From Bugula neritina (lineage: Eukaryota; Animalia; Bryozoa), in assembly GCA_964035545.1 (NCBI GenBank), contig OZ037772.1, positions 4,840,233 through 4,904,232 on the forward strand: 64,000 bases of DNA. Reading direction: 5' to 3'. This document shows, in pieces, positions 50,952 through 64,000 of the stretch (position 1 is the stretch's first letter; every line of letters starts with the position of its first letter). The notes under the pieces are model-generated. The model saw only the letters and a list, made by a program, of their open reading frames with translations, had not been told where the DNA came from and did no database searches. Made by a program: the position numbers and the translations under genes.

Positions 50952-52480
50952 CAGTGCTGTAAAAAGGTTTAAGGACGCCTCACTGTTTTTCATAATAGCA
51001 AAGTTCCAAGCTAATTTTTTAAGACATATCAAAAGCTTTTTCATAGGCATGATGCCTATCAAAACGTTCCTCAAAATCTCCTTATCGTATCTCATTTATA
51101 TAAATTATTAGTGTTTTTTTTATTTCCTTCCAAAAGTTGGGTAAAACAATGAGACATATATGGGAATTATTCAATGTTTTCACAATTTGTGTGTACTGTA
51201 AGACATCGGAATATTTTACTGGAAACATAGAAAAATATTATATGTGATGTGTTATACACATTATAGCAGCAATGCAACACACAGTGCTTTTAATTTTAGT
51301 ATCAATGTTTTGTTGGCCAGTCTTTACTTTCAATCACAAGTCGGCAGCGACGAGGCATTGACTCGTACAGATTCTCTAACTCGTTTTCACTCACCACATG
51401 ATGCCATGCATGAATTACAGGCTCTATGAGTGTCACCTTAGTTGTTGGCTTCTGTGAAGAAACTGTTTTAGCCATTCTTGACCATAAATTTTTGTAGGAC
51501 TTAAGTCCCGGCTGTGTGCTGGCCAGTTAAGTGTTGAGACCCTCTGCTTTTTCATCCACTCTTTAATAGTTTTTGCTTAATGGCATGGTGCATTGTCATT
51601 TTCAAATATGGTAATTTCGTTTAAAAAGAAGTTTTTTATGATTGGAAGAAATTTAGCATTGAGATTATCTATATATTTTTGAGCATTAACATCATTCCAG
51701 AGCAATTACTGAGTCGACTTACACCTTTTGATATTATACAACCCCAAAATATAACACCCATAGGGTGCCCAATTGTTCAAAAAATACATTAGGGGTTATA
51801 TTTCTTATACTGGTATCTTCTAACCAAACAGGTTCCAGAATGATTGTTTACATTAAATATGGATTCATCTGAAATAATCAATTTTTCTAAGCATTCACTG
51901 TCTAACTACCATGCTCCTTGGCCCACCGTAACCGGTTTTTTGCTACTTCTCTGTTAGTATAGGCTTCCTTCTTGCTTTGCAGCTACGTAGACCAAGGGTC
52001 AATAATCTTGGGATCTATCAGCAATCTTGGCTCAGCTATCTATAAGGATGTCTAAGCCGCTGTTCCTGTTGATTCTGAGAATTCTTTGCCAACTCAGAAC
52101 TTGTTTTATGACGATTATTTTTGCTGATCCTAATGAGAACCTTGTCATCTCTGGGTGTGCTTATTCTTGGTTGCCCACTTCCAGGTTGATCTGCTACACT
52201 GCCAACCTCCATAAACTTTTCGATAATTTGATGTACAGTTGTCTTTGCTTTGCCAACCTTTTCAGATATTTTCCCAATTGCATAACCTTCGTTATACAAG
52301 AAAGTTATTGCAAACCTTGCTTTTGAAGTAAGCTTAACAGCTCTCATTTTGTCTATGCGCAGCACCTAAGTGGACACCATGTAAACGCTTACAGCTAAAT
52401 AAGAAATTTTAAATTATGGACATGCACATATAAAATTTCACTGTTTGGCTAACTTTACTTAATTTAGTACACACTGAACA
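50952..52480 (-). mobile_element. Tc1/mariner transposase relic
   Basis: ORF 52036-52365 resembles the Tc1 paired-like HTH (SGQPRISTPRDDKVLIR); downstream minus-strand relics ISDES and DNAPCH; TA|CAGTG at 50950-50956; the opposite TIR was not found, so boundaries are approximate. Confidence 0.75.
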
Positions 52481-52676
52481 CCTCAGGTTTTCAGCTATTT
52501 CTTGGAGTTTAGCTACCCATACAAATAATTTTTTGCAATAAATCAATAAAATATTAACAAATGCAACTAATTATTCAAGTTTTTTTCAATATTGCTTCAT
52601 TTCTTGTGTTTTTTCTTTACTTTTTCAATAAAAAACCGGGATTTTAGTTACGTTTTTTATAACAATGTTTCAATAG

Positions 52677-53870
52677 TGTAGTAGCCAGTGAAGCATAAGT
52701 GCCACGTGCTCACAAACCAATCCTCATTAAGCACGTGATTTCCCCCCCCCCCACCCCGGCAAAGCAGAAAGGGTTCCGGCCAGTTTATATAATACAATTT
52801 AGTTAGAGCGTGAAGCTGATTGTACTAGGATAGGTGTTTTATATATGTGTACTACTCAAATTGTACTACTTTTACTTGTGTACTTGGTGTGTTAAATAAA
52901 TCTTCTTCTCTCTTAATTACTCGTTTAGTGCATAGCAATGCAACGTTGATAATTACAGTATACACGAATCCCCATACTTATTATAATTGTGAAAATTATA
53001 ACAGTGGTGGCAGCGGTGGAAACTCTATATACAAGCACGAATGCAACCTAACTGACGGCCACGACGAAGATGGCAAGAGAATCAGCTCGACAGAGAGAAG
53101 GTGAACCTGATATTAAAATAACCCCATAAGGTCCGATGTTACAAGGAGAGGAGGCTTATCGGTACCGATTGAAAGCTCCTACCTTTACCAAATTGGAAGA
53201 TGTGGAGCAGTTCATACAGGAAATCAGAGAGGTGATAGACCTTGCTCAATGGCCACCCAGAGTGGCCCTTATTCAGCTACGAAGAGCATTGAAGGAGCAG
53301 GCCAGGCCGTACGGACTAGGAACTAACATAGGCGGGATATTTGCTGCGCTGCGGGCTCGTTTTGATATCTTTGCAGTAGACGCCAGGGCCCGCCTGCAGA
53401 AGTTGTGCCGCACTCCGCGGACTTCGCTACAACAGCATGCAGCCACGGTGAAGAGACTGGCGCAGATTGCGTACGGCGACTTACCAGTACAACACCAAGA
53501 GCGCTATACCTATGATGCGTTTGTCCAGTCGGTAAAGACTTGGGTCTACACCATCAATTGCAAGCCAAAGTAGTGACCACGGTGGAGAACACCCTATGAC
53601 CCGGAGAGGCTTACCTACTAGCTACTCAACTACATAAGGGACAAGGAAACCCACCACCAGTTGGAATAAACGTCGCGGAAGGATACGCGGCATCGCTACC
53701 ACTCTCTCACATGACAGCGGCCCCGAAAGCCTCTTCCCTGGATGTGGAAGTGAATCGCATGGCGGGGATGTTAAAACAGTTGGTAGCGATTCTCGCTCAT
53801 ACCAATCCGATCCAACCACCGCAGAGGTCCCCGCAGTTGCCTCTGGCATATGCGACTGTCTCCTCATTCC
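52677..53870 (+). mobile_element. Truncated Gypsy-like element (LTR, PBS, gag), same family as 5174-7216
   Basis: TGTAG..ATAACA at 52677-53003; PBS TGGTGGCAGCGGTGG at 53005; gag QGEEAYRYRLKA..QIAYGDLP..QERYTYDAFVQS matches 5712-6250. Confidence 0.8.
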
Positions 53871-56800
53871 TACTAGGTAACTATTTTTATTTTATAATTT
53901 AAAATATTTCTAATATAAACTTAGTTTGATGTGCATTGTTACCAGTTTCTAATTTAAGATTTTGATTTAAGATAATCTTATTAAAATATATTATAATAAA
54001 CTATTACTTTTGTTTGCTTTAGCAGTTGGTTCATAATGCATTTAATCATTTATTTAAACCGCTTCTATTTATTTTACAGGAATGTCTCTAAATTACATGG
54101 GCAGGGCTGATGGAGTTTGTATATATATGTGTACTTATTGTATATAATAAATTGTATATGGTATGTATATAACTGCAAACAAGTTGCTTGTATTTTATTA
54201 GTTCAAAAATAAATGAGTGTTAGAAACCATTCTGATTTATTTTTTTGCAGTCGATTTATGAACTTATACAATTGAGCACTTTAATTTTAATACGGTATAA
54301 GCAGCGCTAAGTTCAGGCAAGCTGCTCTATCAGATGATGCATCAATTACTGAGCATCAGTTATAACAGAAAACTGTTTCCACATATATTTTTTTAAAAAA
54401 GTCACACCCACCAAGAGTAGAAGTAGTTTCCAAAAATAAAAAGTTTAACTTTAGGATAAAATATGTGCAATATAATAACGGCAGCTAAATTATTTTAAGA
54501 GGTAATGATGTCGCTACGACTGTTGACCCCTTTTAGCTAATCAACAAACATGACTTAAGTTTTAATGCTGAAATAACTATTAAAATGTTGTTTCAACAAA
54601 ATTTATTGTTAGGCCTGCTGATTTGAGATAAACTGCAATTTCGCTCATATGACGACGACGTTGCGCTTTACTGCTGCATAACCCCCTTTTAGCCTTTTTT
54701 GCTTTGCATATTCAGAATCAGCACATTTTCAGAAATTTTGAACATTCTTGAATTTTTGGTCATAAATTGCTGATGTGTACTTAAGTAAGTAAATTGAGCC
54801 ATGTAAGGATTTTAAAATTGCATGAATTTTGCTAACAAATATTACAGTAATTTTGTACTCAGCTGACACTATTTATATTTCAACTCTTTCAATTCCAGTT
54901 TTTACCTTTATAACTTGCATTGTCTTGAGAACAGCAATTGAGATTCCAAATTGAAACATTTTTCAGGCCAATAAGATGTGCGACTTAAAATACAATGATT
55001 CTCCATCTTATTATTTAATTATATACATCATGATGTAGTGCGAACCATTATAATAATCCTATAGTAGAAGAGAATCAATAAAAAATTGAAGATGTTTATG
55101 CGTTTCTAATAAAACAGGGCTGGGTAAGTTTTTGGCATGTTGCCCGATTTAACTTTGAGAAATAAATATTATTTGAAAAGAGCAGGCAAAATTTAATATA
55201 GGTATTTTAAAAACACAAACATGCACACACACATGCACGCACACGAGCACACACGCACACACCCGGCGAGCACATGCATGCATGCATGCAGGCACGCAAT
55301 AGTTATTATTATGACCTACTATATTATTTAATTTGATTAGTATCACTCACTATTTTAGTATAAATATGCAACTCAGTGGCTGACTTTAACCTTGTCTTTG
55401 TATCTTTAAAGAGTAACATGCTGATTGCACTGGAATGTGACAGCAAGAAGTCAAAAAGTGACCTCCTTAAAGAAGAAATAGCGAAAGAAGAAGATGCCAA
55501 AATAACTGCTGCTATAGACGCTGATCTTGCAGCAGCTACAGATGGTGAGCTAGCTGCTGTCACAGATGGTGAACTAGCTGCTGCTACAGATAATGTTGCT
55601 GCTGCCAACGAAACAGTCTTAAACGCTGAATCTGATTAGAAAATCGATTATTATTTGTATGAAGTATGACATTCTTTTTAAAAACATTTCAGAGGGAAAG
55701 CAAGTCATTACTCTTTCAGTATGCAATGCCAAACTATGTCTATTCACATTCTAAACAGAAATCATGGAAAACTGTTGAGAATCAAAACAAATTGGCGTTT
55801 TTCAATTTTCTTTCTAGTTTCCGACCTCAAACGTTCAACTCAACAGTCTCAAAATAAACTTATTGTCATTTCAATATTCACAAATTGACACTGCAGATCA
55901 AACTAAACATGTAAATGTCTCAGTCAAAACTTTATTTTATAGAATAAAATTATGAAGCAAAGTAAAATTTTTTACTCATTTTAGATTCAAAAGGAAACTC
56001 ATGACACCTTCTAGATACAATGAATTTGTGAACATAAAAAGACAAAATAAGAAAAAGTATACGCAAATAACTATTTAATTAAATGTAAGGTTTAACAACA
56101 AAACATAAGCAAATGCAATCAACTGCAGTGACTTCTGTATGTATGATTTGTACAAGCATAAAACCAAATTAAATAGTTGTTGAAGTGTCGAAAAGTAATT
56201 TCTTATTTTAAAATTATATTAATACTCATTTATATAATTTTGTTTCAAACCTGGTATTTATGTAACTAAAACAACATAGATAACAAACATAAACTTGAAA
56301 CATAATCAGGCGAGTGAAAGAAACTCACCAAATATGTCACTTTTTGACAATGCATACAATAGATGCCGTAAGGATCTGTTTAAGATTTGTGTTGAATAAA
56401 GTCTGGCTAAAACAATTGTGCATGATAAAAAAAATTTCTTGTAGGCAATTTTTTATTAAAGAAACTTCGATAATACCTTTTTGACTCATATTAGTGTAGA
56501 AACTGGTTCAATTGCACAGAACACAACTCCTATGCCCACACTTTATTCCATAATTGATATTTAATAATCAGTTAAAAAAGCAGCTAATATTTGAATAAAC
56601 TTAGTAAACTATCCAAATGAATCTTCAGTCACTGGAATAGTTATAATTCTCAATACAATACTTATAGGCAAATTTTTTTAGATTTCACAGTTTATACACA
56701 TGCTAAATTGTAAGATGATGCTCAAATAATATGAAATATATATATGAAAATGTATGTATAATAAATGTAAATCGACTGATTAAACATTTAAATTACAGCT

Positions 56801-59427
56801 TCTATTTGATATTGAATAGTTTTATACTTTTGTCATGTCATCAGCCTTTGTTATATATATAAATGACAAAGCTTTTATAGATATTGCAGATGTTGTAAAC
56901 TTACTCAAGTTTATTTGTCATTGAAGAAATAGCACCCACTGTATTTTATATAAAATGTTTTCGAAATTATACCAAGTCATCAAAGAGCATCATAGCAAAG
57001 GAAATCGGTCAGAATCACACTTAATTTATGTTAAGATGTAAATAAAAGACTACATCACATTTATTGATTGTAAAGAATGATAATGTTAGTGTTCTTCAAA
57101 TAAGTTGCCAGCATTTTTTTGTGATTAGAAAGTAGAATAAGAAAGAAAGACTGGGACTCTAATAATGGTGATTACTTTACAAATACAACAGGTTTGTCCG
57201 CTACTTCAGTGCATTTATCTTGTTTACAGGCAACGCTATGCGTAAAGGATATTATGTAAGTTTGAACTGTGGTGCATACTTGTCTGTAATCAGAGTCAGT
57301 GATTTGATGGCTGTGCTGCCACTTGTAAAACTGTAAACATTTTAGCTTTATTCAAGTTACTTAGAATTATTCCATTGCCTAAATCTACTTTTTTCACCAA
57401 GTAGAAATATTGTAATTCTATTGTTTTCTTTACATTAATCAGATGTTAGTGCATCCCTAATAGACATTATTCAACAATTGTGGAGCGCTTCTGGAGATGC
57501 TTACACTAGAACTAAGAATAGTTCAAGTAGAAAATATTTTGTTATTTATTGAACTTGAAAACTATTTTGGTTTAGAATACTTAAGTGGAGAAAATTTTTG
57601 AGGATACTTGTAAGTTGTCAGCTCTTGTAATAAATGTGTTTCATAGAACATTGCAACTAGGCAGTTAAATGCAAATAATGATACTCAAACTCGCATGCCA
57701 AGTTTTCCAATAATAACCAGTATTAGCAACTTAAATAATTATAAAATTAGCCAGGCTTCAACGCAGGGTTATTGAACCAATTTATTCTTCATAGCTTTAC
57801 TAAAACTCGTTGAAAACAAGATGATTTAGAAGTCTACTTTTTATCAGGGAAATGGGATTTATCTAATTACTATTTATGGCCTTCTTGTGAAAACGCAACG
57901 CATTATTAATTGTGACAGCATAAAAGCAATAAGTGAAAGCTGATATATTGGCCTTTGTAGCTAGGGCATTATAATGTAGTTGCCATAAATACAAATATCT
58001 ACCAGGAGTTATCATCCTTTGTAATAATCGTTATACGATCAACCAAATAAGCAATGACAGTGCAAGCATTTTGGCGAGTGGCTTTTAACGATACAATGCA
58101 ACTCCAAGAAATTTCAACTCTGTCAAATTGAACAATTAGGACTAAAATTTGTGTAGGTATAAATGCAACTCTGCATCATTCTGTTTGACATTTAACATCA
58201 TAATTATAATTGTCCACATCAGTTTTAGTAATAGTAAGAATTTATTTTACCCACTGATTTAAGCTAATGTCTTTCTTCTTTTGACATGTAATTTCAAACT
58301 ACACATTTTGTAAGTTTTGCTATCATCATCATTATGCTATCACCATCATTTTTCAAAAATAAATTAGTGCACTGCTTGGAAATTCTTTGATAAAGTTCAA
58401 ACAACTATTCAAACTTATTCTTCAAACAATTTTTCAAAAAATTCAGACATTTCTCCAACAAATCAGTGTAAATAACAACAGTTATAGAATATATTGATAG
58501 ACTCATTCAGGCTTGATTAAACCGGCACACTCTGATCATTTCATACATTATGATCATCATGCACTTGCACTATTACAGTTTATATGTTGAGCAACAGCAC
58601 AATGTAGTTGAACTATAATCAACACAGAGCTAGTTTCATTTTCTTTTGGTTCAGATGTGTAAAAGTTGTTTACACAACATAATAAAACATAAAATATGCG
58701 CGTGCAATTTTATAGTCATCATCCCTGTGAGAAACCCCTGAAGAAAAGAGTTTTTTTCGATGCAAACTAAGGACTTATTCAGATGAGACACAAATGAACC
58801 CTCGAATCCATAGCCTCATGTTTAAGCAAACAATCCAACCCTTAAACAATGGCTGCTCCTATAGTAATAAAACATAGATTTCACAAACAATTAAAAGGGA
58901 AGTAAAACATTTGTTATACCAATTTGTGCTACTTGCTTCATTATTTTGAAAAAATTTTTTAATCACATCGAAGTTATAAGAGTAAAATAGGTAAAAACTA
59001 CAATATTCACCCACATGCTTCATTGATGTAGCTTATTTAGATGTGATTAGTAAAAAAAGGATATTAATCTAGCATCAGTTATACCCAAAGACTGTTGCAG
59101 AAGTATCTGAAAAATAAAACCTTTGTATTTGTATAACATATTTCTAAGCATATAAATTTTGGCAAAGTTTCCAAATATAAATACTAATTGAAGCGTCATG
59201 TGTTTCAATATTTTGATCAGATTTCCAAACACTCATTAAAGTTCTTATAGATCAAATGAGTTTATATTATTCAATCAACTTGCATGGATGTCCATTTAAT
59301 TTTCATCCCTACTATGAGCTGCCTTTCTTATGTTACTTTGATATAAATACAAAAACACTGACATATTATGCATGTATAAAAGCTTGTTTGCAAACACAGT
59401 CGGGCACACACCTAGATACACCTGTAA

Positions 59428-59442
59428 ACAGAGACACATACA

Positions 59443-59483
<41 letters not shown>

Positions 59484-59546
59484 ACGCACACACACAAGCA
59501 CACACACACGCACATGCACACACACACACACACACACACATACACT

Positions 59547-59583
<37 letters not shown>

Positions 59584-59801
59584 ACACACACAAGCACACA
59601 CACACGCACATGCACACACACACACACACTTACACACACACACACACACCCACGCATACACACACACGCGCGCACACACCCACGCATACACACCCACACT
59701 TACATGCACACACGCATACACACACAGACACACACAGACACACACACAGACACACACACACACACACACACACATACACACACCAACGCACACACCCACA
59801 C
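59428..59801. repeat. Imperfect (CA)n microsatellite
   Basis: Directly visible. Confidence 0.95.
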
Positions 59802-61490
59802 CAAAATCAAGACTCAATTCACACTCACTTTGCACCTGGCACCCAGTATATGTACACCTACTTAAACATTTTTAGTAGTGTACAGAAATTGTGTAAAGAA
59901 TGTCATGATCCGAGCAAAGTCATGCTTAAAACTCTTACATGTAATCTTTTCATGATTGTCATTCATATAGAGATGGGCGTTTGCGGCATTCCCTCATAGT
60001 TCTAAGCTACATTAAAGATGTTTTTGGCAGTTATACAGAGCGGCCATATTGAATATGGCCAACACTCTTTGTCAAGGTGTGATAAGTTTTATTGATTGTC
60101 TCTCCCAAAATAAAACAGTATCTTATATTAAATGACTGCTCCTCTAACCTAACTACTTGTTCTTACACTTTATTCACTAAAAAATTTTGTTTTCACACCG
60201 TATACCTATCGAGCTTAGCTTCTATCATAATGAGGTTTCCTGATTGCAACTTCTGCTTTTGCTATACTCCCTTCATTGGACTATGCTGATTTCATCACAC
60301 TCAATTTTTTCAGCTCAATAAACAGTGCATTTATTTTTCTGCAATACTAATTATGTTGGCCAAAAGAAATATTCCCTTGTCATTTTAATTTATACATAAT
60401 TTTAATAATATAAAAATCTGAAAAGCAAAATTCATGCTTGAAAACGAATGTTTATGTATTCATCACGAACTAAGATTTATTAATCTACACCAGCTCAAAA
60501 ATGGTATGACTTCACTGCATTTTGATTCTTTCAAACATATCCATCCTCTGGTTTATTTTAAGACCACTTCTAAAATTGAAATGTATATTGCAATTTATTG
60601 GCAAACTCCTTCAAATTGTTTTTGAGAGCCCGAAGAAGTGAAACATTCAATTTGGCACAGATTATTGTCATAATGAGTGATGTACAAGTATGCACTGTTT
60701 TAATAGTTTGTATATTGCATGATGATTGCATACAAATGAAATTAATTTCATACACTAAACTAACTCTCTAGTGAGAGTTATGAGAGTTTATTGATGTTGA
60801 GCTCTATTTCTTATCCACTTGTTAATTGGCATTTATTCCTAGCAATATATTTCCACTAGCAAATTATCTGTAGATAAGTTAACATGAGTGAATTATCTGC
60901 AGTCCAAAATGCTCTGTAACAACATTTGGGTCTTGTTTGTTATACAAATAAATACATATTATCTTTTAAAAAAAATTATAAAAAATTCTTTTACAAGTCT
61001 TCAGGCTTATCATCATATTATTATTACAACTTACATTGTAAAACTTAAATTTGATTGATCTGGATACAGATTGGTGGTTATATTGAAAAAAACATGATCA
61101 TATAATTTAAATAAATGAGTTATGTCAAACAATTCAATAACAATGTTTATCAATTTTTAGACGTTTTAAATTTTTGATAAAACAGTGTATGTTATATCTG
61201 AGGTTCTTTATTTGCTAATTTTTCATTTTCTTAGCTGATAAGTACATTATCACTTGCTGCTTAGAGAAAGTTAACTGTTTCTTACAGAGTTATACAAAGC
61301 CTTCAAAATTACTAAAAAATACATTCGAAATCTTAATTTAAAAATATTTGTACTAGTTTTGTCTTATTATAATTATGAAAACATTTGTTATTAGTTTAGC
61401 TTCCTAATGTGCCTTTGTTATTCTTTATGGCTATATGTTCTGATTTTAGCATTATTAGGTAAAGTGCTGAACTTTTTTTATTCCCATCAG

Positions 61491-63312
61491 GTGTTTAGTA
61501 TGACAATGCCAAGAGGAACCGCTTTGATAATCAACAATAAGAAGATAACCAACTTCCCAGACAGAGAAGGTTCTGAAGTTGATGTTCAAAATCTGAGTGA
61601 CATGCTACAATCCTTTCATTTCAATATTGAGACGAAAACAAATCTCACAGCTGAGGTAACAGTTATGAAAAGTTTTGTTCTTTTCATTGCCTTATTTTCA
61701 GCTATATAATCACAAGTGTTGTTTTAAGCAAATCCCCTCAAATAATATAATCTAAGCTGAATGTAAATGTTCTTACTTTTACTGATTTACAAGTTTAAAG
61801 TTACACTTGCGATTTTCAGTTGCTTTGACGTACTTAAGTATTTGAATCATTTTACAAAAGCTCACAGCATTTACACAAATATGCTTATTATTTCCAATTT
61901 TTATTAAACATACAGGAAATATACCAGACGGTTAAAGCAGAAATTAACAACAGCAGAAATTCTGACCATGGAATGTTCTTCCTGTTTATTGGCTCTCACG
62001 GAGTTGAGAATCATGTCTATGGATCAAATGGAGAGTTGGTGAAACTGACAGACCTTTATGACTTGCTATCCGTGCCTCAGAATCCAGTGGTTGCTGATAA
62101 ACCTAAACTGGTTGTCATCCAAGCTTGCAACACGGGTGAGTTTTTTTCTAAATCGCATCTTACTGTAAGCCCAGGTAGTTCAGCATCAACAAAATTTTTT
62201 CCTAATCAAATGCAATGTATGAATAATTTAGATCTACCTAAATCTGAGAAAGCAGAGCACACTTATGCTGAGACTGCTACACGTTCAGTTTCTGCTGCTA
62301 GTACCAGAGACAGAAGTCTGCTAGAGAGACGCCATGGTGAAAATTTGTATGTTATGAAAGCTAGCTTTCTGTGTGAGTAAAAAAATCTCATTTTTGGTAT
62401 ACTATGCTCTCTGTATATTATATGTATGCTTTACAACTAAACATAAAGCTGTTCCGTCTGTGCTAACTTTTCCACAAATAACCAAAATATTGTGTTCCAG
62501 TTTATGTCAGTTTGTAGAGTAATATTCACATTATTGACTATATATAGCTATTCAAGTACTAAAAGTTCAGCTTTGTTGCATGTTATGTAGCTTATAGTGC
62601 CTGGAGATTTTCTGACTGTGGATCTCTTTTCATCAGATGCTTCGTCAGAACCATGTACCGACATGCCTGTCACAGAGACATGCATGAGATCTACAAAATT
62701 GTGAGTGTGCTACTTTTCATCTGATATAATATAATAACATATAGCTTCTTTCAAAACTTGTTAATGTATTCTGTGTCTCATCTCTTTTGTTTTCATAACG
62801 TGAAAGACCATAGTAATTAAGTGAAAATAACTCAGAAAGGAATAGAAACACTGATTATGTTGACTTCCTCATGCTGAATTTATTTCTAAATTATGTTTCA
62901 ACTTACATTTAAGTCTAAGTAATTTTTTTGGGGTGACATGTTGCATTATTTTATGTAGGTACAAAATTGGGTTAGAAAATTTTGTACAGAGAAAAGACTT
63001 CCTCTTGGACAACTACCAGTTGCTATAGACACTCTGACACACCATAGAAAACTCTACCTGTTTCCAGGATATGATGGAAGTTCTGGTCGAGAGAAGGAGC
63101 TGAGTTTACTTCAACTCAGAAAGATATGTCAACATCCTTCATCCAAGCCGCTTCTGTCCCGTCTAGCTGCACAGTCCACACTGTCAGAGTCAGCTAGCAC
63201 TTCACAGCAGGCAGAGAGTGGGCAAGGCAGCAAATCAAATATCCAGAAGAGAAAATTGGACTTCAGCAAGGATAGCATCCAAATTATAAAACACAAAAAA
63301 TTGAGTGAATAA
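61491..63312 (+). CDS. Second caspase module (paralog); exons 61491-61655, 61916-62135, 62232-62372, 62591-62700, 62959-63312; 5' end not identified
   Basis: PRGTALIINN, REGSEVD, IGSHG, KPKLVVIQACNT, SAWRFSDCGS, MYRHACHRD, RKLYLFPG. Intron positions and phases match the first module (165-nt and 110-nt exons are the same size); TAA at 63310-63312. Confidence 0.88.
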
Positions 63313-64000
63313 ATTTGGATGCAGGCTTTATAAAAATATTTGAGTATCTATATTGGCATGTCTTGGGTTTTTGTACAGCTCAAAACAAACACTAGATGTT
63401 GCTAAAACCATTGAGCATGGCTGACAAAAAGTGCTTGGAAAAAGTATTCAATATGATTCACACACATCACTATGTTTGCTAATATTTGTGTGAATTCACT
63501 GCAATTATAAGTAATGCCAGCAAGTTTCTTTTTTAAACTATATTATATTATTAACCAGTTTCATATTCTACTAACTTAAATAATTATATAGTGTCAGCTT
63601 TTAAAAAGGACTATCAGCTTAGTTAATGTTCCAAATTCATGAGATAATTTACCTTCCAAATATGTTATAAGGCTGCATATTCAGGACCAATATTTTTTTG
63701 TCTATATAATCTGTTAGAGTCATATTAAACTTTTTACCACTATGATAAGATGTTACGTGTTATTATTATCATTAGCTCCTAGCATACAATTGTTCTACTT
63801 GCTGTTATTTTGTATCCCTACCCTTTTACTTGATGTATGTTACTATTTGGACTCTATTATTAATTCTGTCTGTTTGAACTCTGATACTATTGTTTAGTGT
63901 GCTTTGCTATATAATTAAAAAATTCAAATTTTTTTTAAAACTTATATGCCTATTTCTTGTGAACAAAATATAATATTATGTGAAAAGTCACAGTTCAAGA

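Noticed and set aside
58155-58170. Second copy of the Harbinger-type MITE (AGGTATAAATGCAACT)
   Set aside because: Only one TIR is present; no partner TIR or TAA TSD was found.

Overview
AT-rich eukaryotic DNA with GT-AG introns, probably from an invertebrate animal (species not determinable from the sequence). The window is dominated by one + strand gene of about 45 kb (ATG 3359 to TGA 48808). By hand it splices into a continuous frame of about 1750 aa: a short N-terminus, a tandem array of 141-nt phase-2/phase-2 exons each encoding two LRRs (13 intact, one with a dead donor, one decayed), a ROC-COR GTPase module, an acidic linker, a caspase with intact SHG and QACSG motifs, and a 13-aa repeat tail. 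The LRR exons and their introns are recent tandem duplicates. Amino-acid variation is concentrated at the exposed beta-strand positions, which is consistent with a modular, diversifying sensor fused to a protease effector (candidate immune or cell-death receptor). A second caspase module with the same exon structure (61491-63312) lies downstream and has no recognisable LRR/ROC part. Introns carry nested transposons: a BEL/Pao LTR element holding a piggyBac-type MITE and a CACAG-ended element, a 7-kb CACAG-ended element holding an Academ relic, a Harbinger-type MITE, Gypsy fragments and an RTE-like LINE relic; a Tc1 relic and a second Gypsy fragment lie downstream of the gene. All gene models come from manual reading of splice sites and frames; no database search or expression data were used.
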